Source: a virus
Length of the DNA: 43,413 nucleotides
Reading direction: 5' to 3' (one strand)
IMG/VR virus record: IMGVR_UViG_3300009078_000001
In this document: positions 1-8,690 of the stretch, piece after piece
How the letters are laid out: each line of letters opens with the position of its first letter
Position numbering within the stretch: position 1 is the first letter of the stretch
Position numbers and translations under genes: made by a program
Notes under the pieces: generated by a model
What the model was told of the DNA's origin: nothing
Database searches by the model: none
The model's input: only the letters and a program-made list of their open reading frames with translations

Positions 1-123
1 ACTGCTGCTACTGATACGATAGTCACGCCATTGTCCCTTGCGGTTATAAGAAAGAGGCTGTTGTCTACATTTAATGCAGAAAAGGAATTACCATTACCTA
101 TATAAAAGTTACTAAACTGGGCT
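1..123. repeat. End overlap: bases 1-123 are identical to 43291-43413 (circular closure of the contig)
   Basis: Direct comparison of the first and last 123 nt (ACTGCTGCTACTGATACGATAG...ACTAAACTGGGCT) shows no mismatch. Confidence 0.97.
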
Positions 124-1334
124 GTACCATCAAAATAAGAATTCCCATCTATCTCTAATTTCCCACTTACCATTAAATCATCTTCAGAAGCTAAAGCATG
201 AGAAGTAGTTGCCGCATCCCCTATCCTTAAATATGCCCCTGTACCATAGATTGTTGGTATATCGGATACTGTGGCAAAGGTGAAATAGTCATCTAAATCG
301 GCATTTGGTTGGATAATAAGATTTCCGCTACTATAAATTCCTGTAGCATTAATTCTTATATTCGCTGTTTCATCTGCGTTTTCTAAGGCCAGCGTAGGTA
401 CGGTTATTCCGTTATATCTAGTTAAGTCTTTATTAATAACAGATTGGTCTCCTATTACTAATACAGGTACATCCGTTGCGCCACCGTCTGGTAAGGCTAG
501 GATTAGACAGTTAGCGTTAGCGTCTGCTGTTTCGTAGAGAAGTTTAGCCGTTCCGCCTGTACCGAGTTGAAGTGCCACATCATCTATTAGGGCAGCATTT
601 ATATTAGTAATATCCGTTACATCAGCCAGGGCTTCTATGCCATCCAGTTTAGTAATCTGTGCTGCCGTAGCATGGCCTTGAACTAAAGCCGTAGCGTTTC
701 GTGCATTATGGTCAAAGATATATTCCGAGGTTGCAGTCTTAGTAGCTAAATCTTCAGTAGGCGGATTCTCCAAGTGGTCTGATATACTAGCTGGCTGTTC
801 TGTTACCTTTGTAGAACCATTAAGTGAAGCATACCCACTGGCTGCCCCTTTCTCGGATTCCTTCTGATACTGGGTGTGGGGGTCTGAGTCCGCGATGTGC
901 GCAGCTAAATCGGAGGCGGATCCGCCGCCTAAAACTAACCACTTGGAATTAGCACCGTAAAGTAGAAGAACCCCGTCATCTATATCATCTAGGGTAATAT
1001 CCTCAGCGGACGGGTTCCAGATGTTACCGGTGTTGTGCTTTACGATTACTGTTCTAGCGGCGTTTTCAGGGCGGATAAATAAAATATCCCCCTCGGCCCC
1101 GCCCGAAATGGTGTCCAGGTCATCAGTTGCGCCATCTTCTGCCGTGTCTATATCGTGGTAGCATTTTGTTTTTGTCACAGCGCCGGCGGCAATAGTTAAT
1201 TCGGTGGCAGTCTCCAGCGCGATGTTCTCCTTTAAAAATAAAAGGTTATCGCGCACATTGGAGTTTAAGTCGGCGCTGGTCAGTATTTCCGCACTCCAAG
1301 TGCGGGGCGAAGTCCACGTTCTGTCGTATCCCAT
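1..1334 (-). CDS. Tail fibre / receptor-binding protein, N-terminal part. The ORF leaves the window at base 1 and resumes in frame at 43290, ending at stop 42819 (about 601 aa in total).
   Basis: The ATG at 1334-1332 overlaps the TAA of the upstream gene (TAATG). There is no stop in this frame down to base 1. Base 26 (= 43316) is in frame with track ORF 42819..43316. My translation contains SADLNSNVRDNLLFLKENI and HIADSDPHTQY, motifs I associate with phage tail-fibre N-terminal regions. Confidence 0.8.
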   Translation of the reverse strand, partial: MGYDRTWTSPRTWSAEILTSADLNSNVRDNLLFLKENIALETATELTIAAGAVTKTKCYHDIDTAEDGATDDLDTISGGAEGDILFIRPENAARTVIVKHNTGNIWNPSAEDITLDDIDDGVLLLYGANSKWLVLGGGSASDLAAHIADSDPHTQYQKESEKGAASGYASLNGSTKVTEQPASISDHLENPPTEDLATKTATSEYIFDHNARNATALVQGHATAAQITKLDGIEALADVTDITNINAALIDDVALQLGTGGTAKLLYETADANANCLILALPDGGATDVPVLVIGDQSVINKDLTRYNGITVPTLALENADETANIRINATGIYSSGNLIIQPNADLDDYFTFATVSDIPTIYGTGAYLRIGDAATTSHALASEDDLMVSGKLEIDGNSYFDGTAQFSNFYIGNGNSFSALNVDNSLFLITARDNGVTIVSVAA

Positions 1335-1873
1335 TATGCTATCAATTTCTCCCCGTCAATAGAATCCGTATCGATCATAAAAAATCCCGTTAAATACATA
1401 TCCCTTATCTCATCGAGTTTTAATTCCAAAATTGGCATGTTGTATTTTGTATCCAGATGTAAAGTGATTTTGTTGATCCAGAACCACTTGTCCATGCCCA
1501 TGGTAGTGTTGGTTAAATGCACCCTGTCGGATAAGTTAATAGCGAAAATATCCGCTATCTTTGCGTCCGTTTCACCCGCTAGAAATATTGTTAATTCGGG
1601 GTAGGGTTCATCGTATTTATGCCGGGCAAACTCCGCTAAATAATCTGCGAAACTTTCGCTGGCATAGTATTTAATTAAGCGCACCCTGCGCCCGTACTTA
1701 AGTGCCGAGTCGGAGTCCAATACCCTGCTCTTGGTGTCGGCGTGAATATACATCACCCCGTCGATTAACGTCCTATAACCGTTGGGGATTACGCCCCGGA
1801 AGTCATTCCAGATTTCCTTGTCGTCGAGGTTATACTTGGCATCGGTATATTCCGTAATGGTGTAGTCCGTCAT
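1334..1873 (-). CDS. Tail-tip module protein B2 (paralogue of 1870..2331)
   Basis: 179-aa ORF. It shares EIWND, KYGRR, GETDA and NTT-G-(I/M) motifs in the same order with the adjacent ORF. 4-nt overlap with the neighbour. Confidence 0.8.
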   Translation of the reverse strand: MTDYTITEYTDAKYNLDDKEIWNDFRGVIPNGYRTLIDGVMYIHADTKSRVLDSDSALKYGRRVRLIKYYASESFADYLAEFARHKYDEPYPELTIFLAGETDAKIADIFAINLSDRVHLTNTTMGMDKWFWINKITLHLDTKYNMPILELKLDEIRDMYLTGFFMIDTDSIDGEKLIA

Positions 1874-2331
1874 TCGCCGAACCTCGCCTCTTCTAGCGTA
1901 AAAGACATCTCGGGCAGCTTGCCAGAGTTAAGTTCATTTAAACTCACATTGTTAATAAAATAGTTTGCGTTGATTCCGGCGGTAGTGTTTACCACGGTAA
2001 TCTTTTCAGATACCTTCCTGGTTAAACATTGTATCTTTAAAGCGTCCGTCTCTCCCTTAATCGTCATAGTAAGTTTCGCCGCAGGCTCGGAGTACCTATC
2101 GAGCGCATCATCCACTAAGGAAATCATCAAGGCCTCCGAGGCACCTAAAGCCCAGGGGAGTCTTAAGGTCCTTCTGCCGTACTTTTGTATCGAGTTCACA
2201 TTTACCGCCCGCACCATGATTTCACTTTCCGCGTCACCTTGAACGGATAAAATATCGTTCCAGATTTCAGTCTCGTCTAACGTGTAGACTAAATTGGACA
2301 TAGTATTGGAAAAGGTCGCCGAGGATTCCAT
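1870..2331 (-). CDS. Tail-tip module protein B1 (paralogue of 1334..1873)
   Basis: 153-aa ORF with the same motif series as B2. 1-nt overlap with the upstream gene. Confidence 0.8.
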   Translation of the reverse strand: MESSATFSNTMSNLVYTLDETEIWNDILSVQGDAESEIMVRAVNVNSIQKYGRRTLRLPWALGASEALMISLVDDALDRYSEPAAKLTMTIKGETDALKIQCLTRKVSEKITVVNTTAGINANYFINNVSLNELNSGKLPEMSFTLEEARFGE

Positions 2332-3461
2332 CAGGCCTCCCTCGCATGTCTTGATTCATAGACGAACTGTCCCGTTGCATCGGCATAGGAGCGCCCCAGG
2401 GCGACTTTTTCTATCTGCCTTACACAGTGGCGGGCATTGTTGTACTCGGTGTGGAGGGGAATATATATAGTTGATCCGGAAGTGGTAAATTCTAAAGTGT
2501 CGCCGTAATAATAGGTGCTTTCGTAGATAGCGAACGCCCTGAAATAATATAATCTGCCCATCGCAAGGCCTGAAATGTTAAAACTTCTTACATAATCCGT
2601 GACAGACCCGGAGGTGGCGACAGATACAGTAGATTTCCAGTTCTCGTCAGACCAGTATTCGATGCCAACCGTTAAATCTATTCCTGTATATTGCCCGCTT
2701 AATATGGCGGTTTTATTGCCTACTGAAGTGCAGGGAAGCGTTGTTACTGAAATAAGCGACGGGTAATAGGAACTATAATCCCATGTAAAGATACCAAAGG
2801 TGTCTAATATAAATGGTATATTCTCTGTGGACGCAACCTGGCAATCTATATGTCCCGAAGGACAATTCTGCCAAGACGTAACCCAGGTATAATTGTTATC
2901 AACAAATGCCAGTAAATAATAATGCCTGTGGCGGTCAGTGGCATTGGCGACATTATTAATGTAGGCAGACCATGACCCCCCATCTGAGAATTCAGTCCAG
3001 CCTATTAATTTTTTAGTTAATTGCCCTTCGTCAATACATGATCGCCCTGTCGAGCGACAGTTCGTATGGCCTAGCGCACAGGTAGCAGCATTTGACCTTG
3101 CGCCAAAGCTGGTCGCTAGATCAGGTCGCTCCATCCATTGCGCATAATAAGTATGTAGATGAGTTCCATTTTCCCAGTTATATGTTTCGGTGTCTAATCC
3201 TAATGCAGCACATTCAACAGTAGAGAGCCACAATGTGCCTACTGTCGTGCTGTTCCAATAAGCCTCCAGTTCGTCATTCCATGTTATAGCGGCCAGCCTT
3301 TGGCCGCTTTTAACCCCGTTGTCTACATTAACCTGGCAAAGTGTATGACCTGAAGGACAGGTTTTAATAGAGTACGAATGGATACTGGCAGCCCCGGCCT
3401 GCTCCTGAAAGGTATATGAATGCGTATGGTTGGAATAACTAGGATGGCTTGTTTCTGGCAT
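2331..3461 (-). CDS. Tail-tip protein A2: three HxHxY...CxxGHxxC repeats, an FN3-like domain, and a conserved C-terminal motif shared with 3461..4171
   Basis: 376-aa ORF. It has HTHSY..CPSGHTLC, HLHTY..CALGHTNC and HRHYY..CPSGHIDC. The segment ...ISGLAMGRLYYFRAFAIYESTYYYGDTLEFTT looks fibronectin-III-like. The C-terminus is EYNNARHCVRQIEKVALGRSYADATGQFVYESRHAREA. Confidence 0.8.
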   Translation of the reverse strand: MPETSHPSYSNHTHSYTFQEQAGAASIHSYSIKTCPSGHTLCQVNVDNGVKSGQRLAAITWNDELEAYWNSTTVGTLWLSTVECAALGLDTETYNWENGTHLHTYYAQWMERPDLATSFGARSNAATCALGHTNCRSTGRSCIDEGQLTKKLIGWTEFSDGGSWSAYINNVANATDRHRHYYLLAFVDNNYTWVTSWQNCPSGHIDCQVASTENIPFILDTFGIFTWDYSSYYPSLISVTTLPCTSVGNKTAILSGQYTGIDLTVGIEYWSDENWKSTVSVATSGSVTDYVRSFNISGLAMGRLYYFRAFAIYESTYYYGDTLEFTTSGSTIYIPLHTEYNNARHCVRQIEKVALGRSYADATGQFVYESRHAREA

Positions 3462-4171
3462 TACGCGCTCCTCGCAAACCTGGATTCATAGGCTGCCTGC
3501 CCGGTAGTGTCCATGTAGAATCTTCCCAGCCCCACCTTTTCGCACCTACGGATAACTTCTAAAGCATTGTTATACTCATAGCCTAGTTCACCCGCCCCCC
3601 ATAAAGGCAAAGTGCAGGTTACGGTTAGTTTAGGCCACTTGTTTACTGTCGCCCCGCTCTCCATGACGATAAACTCCTCCCCTGAGGGTTCTGTCCCCGC
3701 GATGTCCCTTGAGCTTCTTAAACAGAGTTTCGTCCAGCCTGTCAGACTTATCCAGCCTCGTCCCGTCTCGCTTAAAGTTAAATCGTTATATTGCCCTGCG
3801 GTTATATCGGCCGTCCCTAGGGTCCCGCCCCCGGTGGTATAAAGAGTTTTATCGAAGTCCGTCACCACTAGAGGATCGGCGAAGGCATAATCTCCTTGAA
3901 CCGTGATGTCAAAATTTGTATCGGTGCCAGCTTTGGAGTTGCACCATAAACTTAAAACCGCCGCCGTGATGGTCGCCGAGGCTCCCAAAAAGGACGTGTC
4001 GAAGTAAAGGTAAGAGCGGTAAACCTTAAAACCTAAATCCTGGCCGATGTAAAGCGAGGTTAAAGTAACTGAATCCGCCGAGGCCAATGCCTGTGCGGTG
4101 GCGTAAGTAACATCCTCGCCCAGCATGTACCCGTCCCGCCCGTCGCATAAACTTCTTACATATAGGCTCAT
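3461..4171 (-). CDS. Tail-tip protein A1: beta-sandwich (DNRLRE/CBM96-like) N-domain plus the same C-terminal motif as A2
   Basis: 236-aa ORF. YRSYLYFDTSFLGASATITAAVLSLW resembles the DNRLRE-type motif (recalled from memory). The C-terminus YEYNNALEVIRRCEKVGLGRFYMDTTGQAAYESRFARSA aligns with A2. Confidence 0.75.
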   Translation of the reverse strand: MSLYVRSLCDGRDGYMLGEDVTYATAQALASADSVTLTSLYIGQDLGFKVYRSYLYFDTSFLGASATITAAVLSLWCNSKAGTDTNFDITVQGDYAFADPLVVTDFDKTLYTTGGGTLGTADITAGQYNDLTLSETGRGWISLTGWTKLCLRSSRDIAGTEPSGEEFIVMESGATVNKWPKLTVTCTLPLWGAGELGYEYNNALEVIRRCEKVGLGRFYMDTTGQAAYESRFARSA

Positions 4172-4717
4172 TCACCACTCCGTTGTAGCGGGCATGTCGA
4201 TGATATCCCCGCCGTCTACGTCGATATCTCTTAAAGTGGCTGACCACCCGCAGGCGTCTAAGACTTCCTCGATGGCCGCCCCGTCAGTCTTGGCGGTCTT
4301 GGTGTCCATATCCTGAGTGACGATAATCTTCGCGAGTAAGTCGGTCCCGTCCGTGCAATAAAAATAGGCCGTCTTGTCCTCCCAATGGGGAGAGCATTGG
4401 ATTCGTGAAATAAATCCTCTGTAAAGGTCGTACTCTACCTCATTGTGGGTAGCCTTGATCTGCACCGGCAGCCAGATTCTAATTTTCCCGTAATAATCGC
4501 CTGTTGAAAGGGTCGGGTAATAATTGCCTGCACTGTTTTCCAGGATAATCTCAGCGGTGGCAGCAGGTGAACTGCCTTCCTCGCGGTCATAGCCCCTGTC
4601 AATTCGTATAGATTTGACGTCCGCCGTTATATCGTCCCCGGAAGTAGTAAAGTCGGGGGTGGCCGACCACTCGACACTATCAAAATCCACACAGACAGAG
4701 TAAGTAATATCAGCCAT
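4172..4717 (-). CDS. Distal-tail-protein-like N-domain protein
   Basis: 181-aa ORF immediately after the tape measure. The pattern IRIDRGYDREEGSSPAATAEIILENSAGNYYP...YDLYRGFISRIQ resembles the N-domain of siphovirus 'phage tail family' proteins (from memory). Confidence 0.65.
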   Translation of the reverse strand: MADITYSVCVDFDSVEWSATPDFTTSGDDITADVKSIRIDRGYDREEGSSPAATAEIILENSAGNYYPTLSTGDYYGKIRIWLPVQIKATHNEVEYDLYRGFISRIQCSPHWEDKTAYFYCTDGTDLLAKIIVTQDMDTKTAKTDGAAIEEVLDACGWSATLRDIDVDGGDIIDMPATTEW

Positions 4718-4738
4718 TTGTTATACCTATACAGGAGG

Positions 4739-5968
4739 TCATACCCGGCCTCCGACCTGATATATTTCCGTGTTGGCCGGGGAGTATGTAATCCGCCTTT
4801 CATCCTCTTTTTGTATGGCCGCTATTTTGCGCGCCAGCGACCTTAAGGCGGATTCGTCGCCTAAGAAATTGCCTATATGAATATTAATTGAGCCACCCAT
4901 CCCCCCCATTTCCCCCAAAGGAACCACGGCCTCCGGACCCGCCTCGCCTATCATGGCCAGTGTTGGAGAAGTCACAATTCCCCCTTCCTGAAAGTAACCC
5001 GTATTGTAATAATCATAATCACCGGTAGCAGCTTCACGGTACATATCCATAGAAGTCATTGTCTCGCTGCCGGTAGACCATCTGGTTGGTGACGGATTTG
5101 AAACTGTGGGAGCAGAGGATTGTCCAATACCGAGAATTTGCCCCATACTGGGAACTTGAATACCTAACGGGTTAAAGTTTTGCGCCATGCTGCCCAACTG
5201 GTTAAGAAAACCGAGTATCATCCCCAGCGCGCCTATTGCTTCACTTAAACCATCTAAAAACGGCTGCAGGTTAGGCCAGATTGCCCCTGCAAATTTAGTC
5301 TTTAAAATATCCCATTTAAGGCCTAGTTCCTTCATGGCAACCGCGCCTTTGGAAAGACTCTCAATCTCCTCGGCGCTTAGATGTAAACTTTCTTTGAGTT
5401 CATCCACCTTATTGATAAGAGGCAAAAGGTCGTCGCCAGTAGTGCCGAATATCTTTATGGCAGTGCCCGCTCTCAGGCTTTCATCCGGTATCTTTGCAAG
5501 CGCCTCAAATATAGCCCTGATTCTCTCGTCGGGGTTCATGGTTAATAGTTTTTCAACCGATAACCCGAGGTCTTCAAATAGCTTTACAGCCGCGTCCTTG
5601 CCTGCAGCGGCGTCCGTCAGTTTGGTATTCATCATGCCGATAGCGGTGGTAAGTGTATTAAAAGACACCCCCGCCAGGTCAGCGTTATACTTTAAGTCCT
5701 GTATATAATCAGAACTCAGTCCGGTCTTTTCCATAGCCAGGGAAATTTGCTGCCCGTACTTGGCAGCGTCCGCCAGCATATCTCCAATCTTCTTTCCCAC
5801 CATGGCCACGCCTGCTGCTATAGCCATGTAAGGAATAGCTTTTGTAAGGGTTGCCCCCATGGACGTGCCGGAGGTTTTTACTTCCGCCTCGGCCTCCGTC
5901 AGCCCCTTCTTGAGTCCGGCGGTGTCAACGCCTATTTTTACCAGTAATTCAGCTAATAGATCGGCCAT
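4739..5968 (-). CDS. Tail tape measure protein (short, 409 aa)
   Basis: Position after the chaperone genes. Helical, Ala/Gly/Leu-rich N-terminal two-thirds (LTKAIPYMAIAAGVAMVGKKIGDML...NADLAGVSFNTLTTAIGMMNTKL) typical of the TMP core region. Confidence 0.8.
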   Translation of the reverse strand: MADLLAELLVKIGVDTAGLKKGLTEAEAEVKTSGTSMGATLTKAIPYMAIAAGVAMVGKKIGDMLADAAKYGQQISLAMEKTGLSSDYIQDLKYNADLAGVSFNTLTTAIGMMNTKLTDAAAGKDAAVKLFEDLGLSVEKLLTMNPDERIRAIFEALAKIPDESLRAGTAIKIFGTTGDDLLPLINKVDELKESLHLSAEEIESLSKGAVAMKELGLKWDILKTKFAGAIWPNLQPFLDGLSEAIGALGMILGFLNQLGSMAQNFNPLGIQVPSMGQILGIGQSSAPTVSNPSPTRWSTGSETMTSMDMYREAATGDYDYYNTGYFQEGGIVTSPTLAMIGEAGPEAVVPLGEMGGMGGSINIHIGNFLGDESALRSLARKIAAIQKEDERRITYSPANTEIYQVGGRV

Positions 5969-6265
5969 TTATTCACCCTTAAAGAAATCTGTCAGAATCT
6001 TCCCTACCGTATTATTGATATTTTTAATGTCGTCGTGGTTTTTAATCAGCCTTAATTCCTCGAGGGGGAGTATTTTAAATATCTCCGCCAAAACCAGCGC
6101 TGCCGAATAAGGCTTCTCCGCCATCTCCGCAAGCGCCCCCTTCATCCCACCCTGAAACTTCTGCTCGATATCCGAAAGCACGCCCCAGTTGACGGGGGAT
6201 AGTTTGTATTCCTTGCCGTTTAACGTGATTGAGTAAAGCTTGTTTTCCTTGATTAGTTCGTCCAT
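5969..6265 (-). CDS. Tail assembly chaperone-like protein
   Basis: 98-aa ORF directly upstream of the TMP. YSITLNGKEYKLSPVNWGVLSDIEQKF resembles gpG-type chaperones. TAATG coupling on both sides. Confidence 0.6.
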   Translation of the reverse strand: MDELIKENKLYSITLNGKEYKLSPVNWGVLSDIEQKFQGGMKGALAEMAEKPYSAALVLAEIFKILPLEELRLIKNHDDIKNINNTVGKILTDFFKGE

Positions 6266-6570
6266 TATCCCTCCGGTATTTTTATGCCCGCCTTCTCGAC
6301 GGCCTGTTTAAATTTGTCGGGTTCGTCCTTTCTTTTAGGCGGATGGCCGATAATGTCGGTCACCTTGTACTTTCTTTTCTTGGATGAGGCCATGGTGGCC
6401 ACGATTAAGGCGAAGTTAGCGGCCATGCGGTAATCCTCAAGTGCTTTTTGATACTGTAATTCCCCCACCAAAGTGTTAAGTTTTTTAATGGGAAGTGTCT
6501 TTATGAGGTTGGTGGTGTACTCCAGTGACCACCCTGTTTCGCGGATAATAAAGACTATCAGTTCATCCAT
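6265..6570 (-). CDS. Hypothetical tail-assembly protein
   Basis: 101-aa ORF between the tail tube and the TMP, coupled to its neighbours. Confidence 0.6.
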   Translation of the reverse strand: MDELIVFIIRETGWSLEYTTNLIKTLPIKKLNTLVGELQYQKALEDYRMAANFALIVATMASSKKRKYKVTDIIGHPPKRKDEPDKFKQAVEKAGIKIPEG

Positions 6571-6878
6571 GTCATTATGAGAGGTATGTTGTGAATATGG
6601 TTTAAATCTAAATTGGGTAGTTCAATGTTTACCTGTACTTCGTTTAATACAACTAATTTATCCTTGACCATCTGGTAGAATACGGCCTTGAATATTCTCC
6701 CTGTGGGTTTTTCTAACAGCCAGTACCTGGAGGCGGTACACTTCCACAGTCCTAAACTGTATGATGCCCATTTGTCGCATCCTGCGGGCTTCAGGGCGTA
6801 TTCAATCTCCCAGTTAAAGAATCCCCCGATCTGTCCGTTCTGGAATAAGGTGCCTATTTCTCCGCTATGCGCTTGCAA
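6558..6878 (-). CDS. Hypothetical protein (TTG start)
   Basis: 106-aa ORF. It overlaps the TAG stop of the tail-tube gene. Confidence 0.55.
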   Translation of the reverse strand: MQAHSGEIGTLFQNGQIGGFFNWEIEYALKPAGCDKWASYSLGLWKCTASRYWLLEKPTGRIFKAVFYQMVKDKLVVLNEVQVNIELPNLDLNHIHNIPLIMTWMN

Positions 6879-7680
6879 TCGTTAGGGTCCCTGTGCCTAT
6901 GAAGTCATACGAATAAGCAATCACCCCGTTGATATCAACCGTGGGGTGAACAGCCGTAATAAAGGCATTCCCCAGCCACATCTGAGTAGAAGTGGCGCTC
7001 TCCGCCAGCTCCAGTCCATATTCTGAACCTATCGTAAGGGGCGCGCCGTCTTTGTATCCCTCAAAACTACCTGCCCAGCCGTAACCCGCAATGATGTATT
7101 CCTTTATTCCGGACGATCCGAAGTCAGTCACGTCTAAAGTATCGGCGGTATAGTCAAGGTTCCATGAGCGGATTCCCGCGATTAACTTGGCTGCGCGTAT
7201 ATCGTCAAGATAGATAATATCGGCATTGGCGCCGTTGGCGTTTGACTCCAGCCCGATAATAGTCCCGGCCGAGGTGTCTGCCATTTCGCTTCCCGTAACC
7301 TCTACGCAATGGCAGTATTTCCAGGTAACTGCCGTTAAAGCCGGTACGGTGACTAAAGTAGTTGGAGATGCTCCTTCTGCTGTCGTTCCTAAACCTATTC
7401 TGTAATCATCAGACGCTGTGTTAACGCTGGAATATGCCCAGCAAAGAATATGCGAATATGTGGAGACATTCTTGACCTCGGACATGGTTTCATACGCTAT
7501 GACATCGCCAACCTGAATACCCGCCCCGATGGTAGTCTTGGCACTTCCCGCGCCCACTTTAACTAAAGTGGACTCTAAAGCTGCCGTGCCGTTGGTTCCT
7601 GAGTTCCAGGCATCCTCGCAATCTTCAAGAAGTAAATTGGCGACAAATACATCGCCCGCTGTTCCTGCCAAATGACTCAT
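6865..7680 (-). CDS. Major tail (tube) protein, long paralogue with a ~150-aa insertion
   Basis: MSHLAGTAG... and the C-terminal half IRSWNLDYTADTLDVTDFGSSGIKEYIIAGYGWAGSFEGYKDGAP...VIAYSYDFIGTGTLT align with 7691..8053. The gene ends in TAG. Confidence 0.8.
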   Translation of the reverse strand: MSHLAGTAGDVFVANLLLEDCEDAWNSGTNGTAALESTLVKVGAGSAKTTIGAGIQVGDVIAYETMSEVKNVSTYSHILCWAYSSVNTASDDYRIGLGTTAEGASPTTLVTVPALTAVTWKYCHCVEVTGSEMADTSAGTIIGLESNANGANADIIYLDDIRAAKLIAGIRSWNLDYTADTLDVTDFGSSGIKEYIIAGYGWAGSFEGYKDGAPLTIGSEYGLELAESATSTQMWLGNAFITAVHPTVDINGVIAYSYDFIGTGTLTIASA

Positions 7681-7690
7681 ATTTACCTCC

Positions 7691-8053
7691 TTATGATGCC
7701 GCCGGTGTTAGCGCGCCGGTGCCCACGAAATCATACGCATAGGTAATCACGCCGTCATGCGCTACGTTGGCATGGAAGCCTGTCAAAAACCCCGTCCCTG
7801 TCCAATTAGTACCTGCGGCAACCTCGTAAAGAGTAAGTGTCACCGAAGCGCCAATCGCCTCAGGAGCTCCGTCTTTCAAACCCTCGAAACTGCCCGACCA
7901 TCCTGAGCATCCCATAACGTATGTTTTAATACCGGCATCGGCAAAGTCCGTAGTTTCCAGGGCATCGATGGTATAATCAATACTCCAGTTCCTGATTCCC
8001 GTTATTTCCGAGCCGTTGCTTACCTGCCCGGCTTTTCCTGCAACATGAGCCAT
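7691..8053 (-). CDS. Major tail (tube) protein, short paralogue
   Basis: I prefer the ATG at 8053 (MAHVAGKAG...), which follows AGGAGGTG, over the track start at 8080. IRNWSIDYTIDALETTDFADAGIKTYVMGCSGWSGSFEGLKDGAP...VITYAYDFVGTGALT. Confidence 0.8.
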   Translation of the reverse strand: MAHVAGKAGQVSNGSEITGIRNWSIDYTIDALETTDFADAGIKTYVMGCSGWSGSFEGLKDGAPEAIGASVTLTLYEVAAGTNWTGTGFLTGFHANVAHDGVITYAYDFVGTGALTPAAS

Positions 8054-8078
8054 ATAGCACCTCCTGATTTTGATCAAC

Positions 8079-8101
8079 AAAAAAGCGCCTTCCGGCGCTC
8101 A
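8079..8101 (-). terminator. Intrinsic terminator (minus strand)
   Basis: Minus strand reads AGCGCC-GGAA-GGCGCT followed by TTTTTTG. Confidence 0.75.
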
Positions 8102-8123
8102 TAAAATAAAACTTAAAAATAAT

Positions 8124-8690
8124 TTATAAACTACCCATGGCCCTGTATCTCATGGGTATCGAATAAATCCTGGTATCGTTGTCAAACATCACGCTTCCCA
8201 CGTACTCGCGGACACACTTCATGGCGGTGTATCCCGTTATCGTTAAAGAGGCGTTGTCCATGGCGGTTTTAATTAAACCTACAATAGACATGGCATGGGC
8301 CACAGAAGTCGAGCTGAATACATTTACCCAGAACGTCATATCTTCGATAATAGAGGGGCTTTCAAACGTCCCCATGGGGACATCCGTTAATAATCCGAAG
8401 CTAACATAAGGCACGGTCGCGGCCTGGGGCGCGATGGTGTTATAAGTTTTAGTGTCGTAACACGTCCAGACTAAAGTCCCTGTCCCGTCCGCCGTTGTCC
8501 CGCCGTTGGTAGTGCCCCAGGTAGGTTGGACTGAGGCTGCTGAGGTGCCCGCTGTGGTGCAGACATAACAGTGTGAAGCATAGCTTGTAGGCTTCATAAT
8601 CGCACCTAAAGCATACGGAGTGGCCGCCACCCAGGTTGCGGGCCAGAGTTTCAGTTTATTATAGAACCCTGTTGTAAAAGCTGTAATCAA
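8124..8690 (-). CDS. Tail completion / neck protein (DUF3168-like) with a Cys/Thr-rich insertion
   Basis: 188-aa ORF placed between the gp10-like gene and the tail tube. The assignment is weak and rests on position and C-terminal pattern only. Confidence 0.5.
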   Translation of the reverse strand: MITAFTTGFYNKLKLWPATWVAATPYALGAIMKPTSYASHCYVCTTAGTSAASVQPTWGTTNGGTTADGTGTLVWTCYDTKTYNTIAPQAATVPYVSFGLLTDVPMGTFESPSIIEDMTFWVNVFSSTSVAHAMSIVGLIKTAMDNASLTITGYTAMKCVREYVGSVMFDNDTRIYSIPMRYRAMGSL

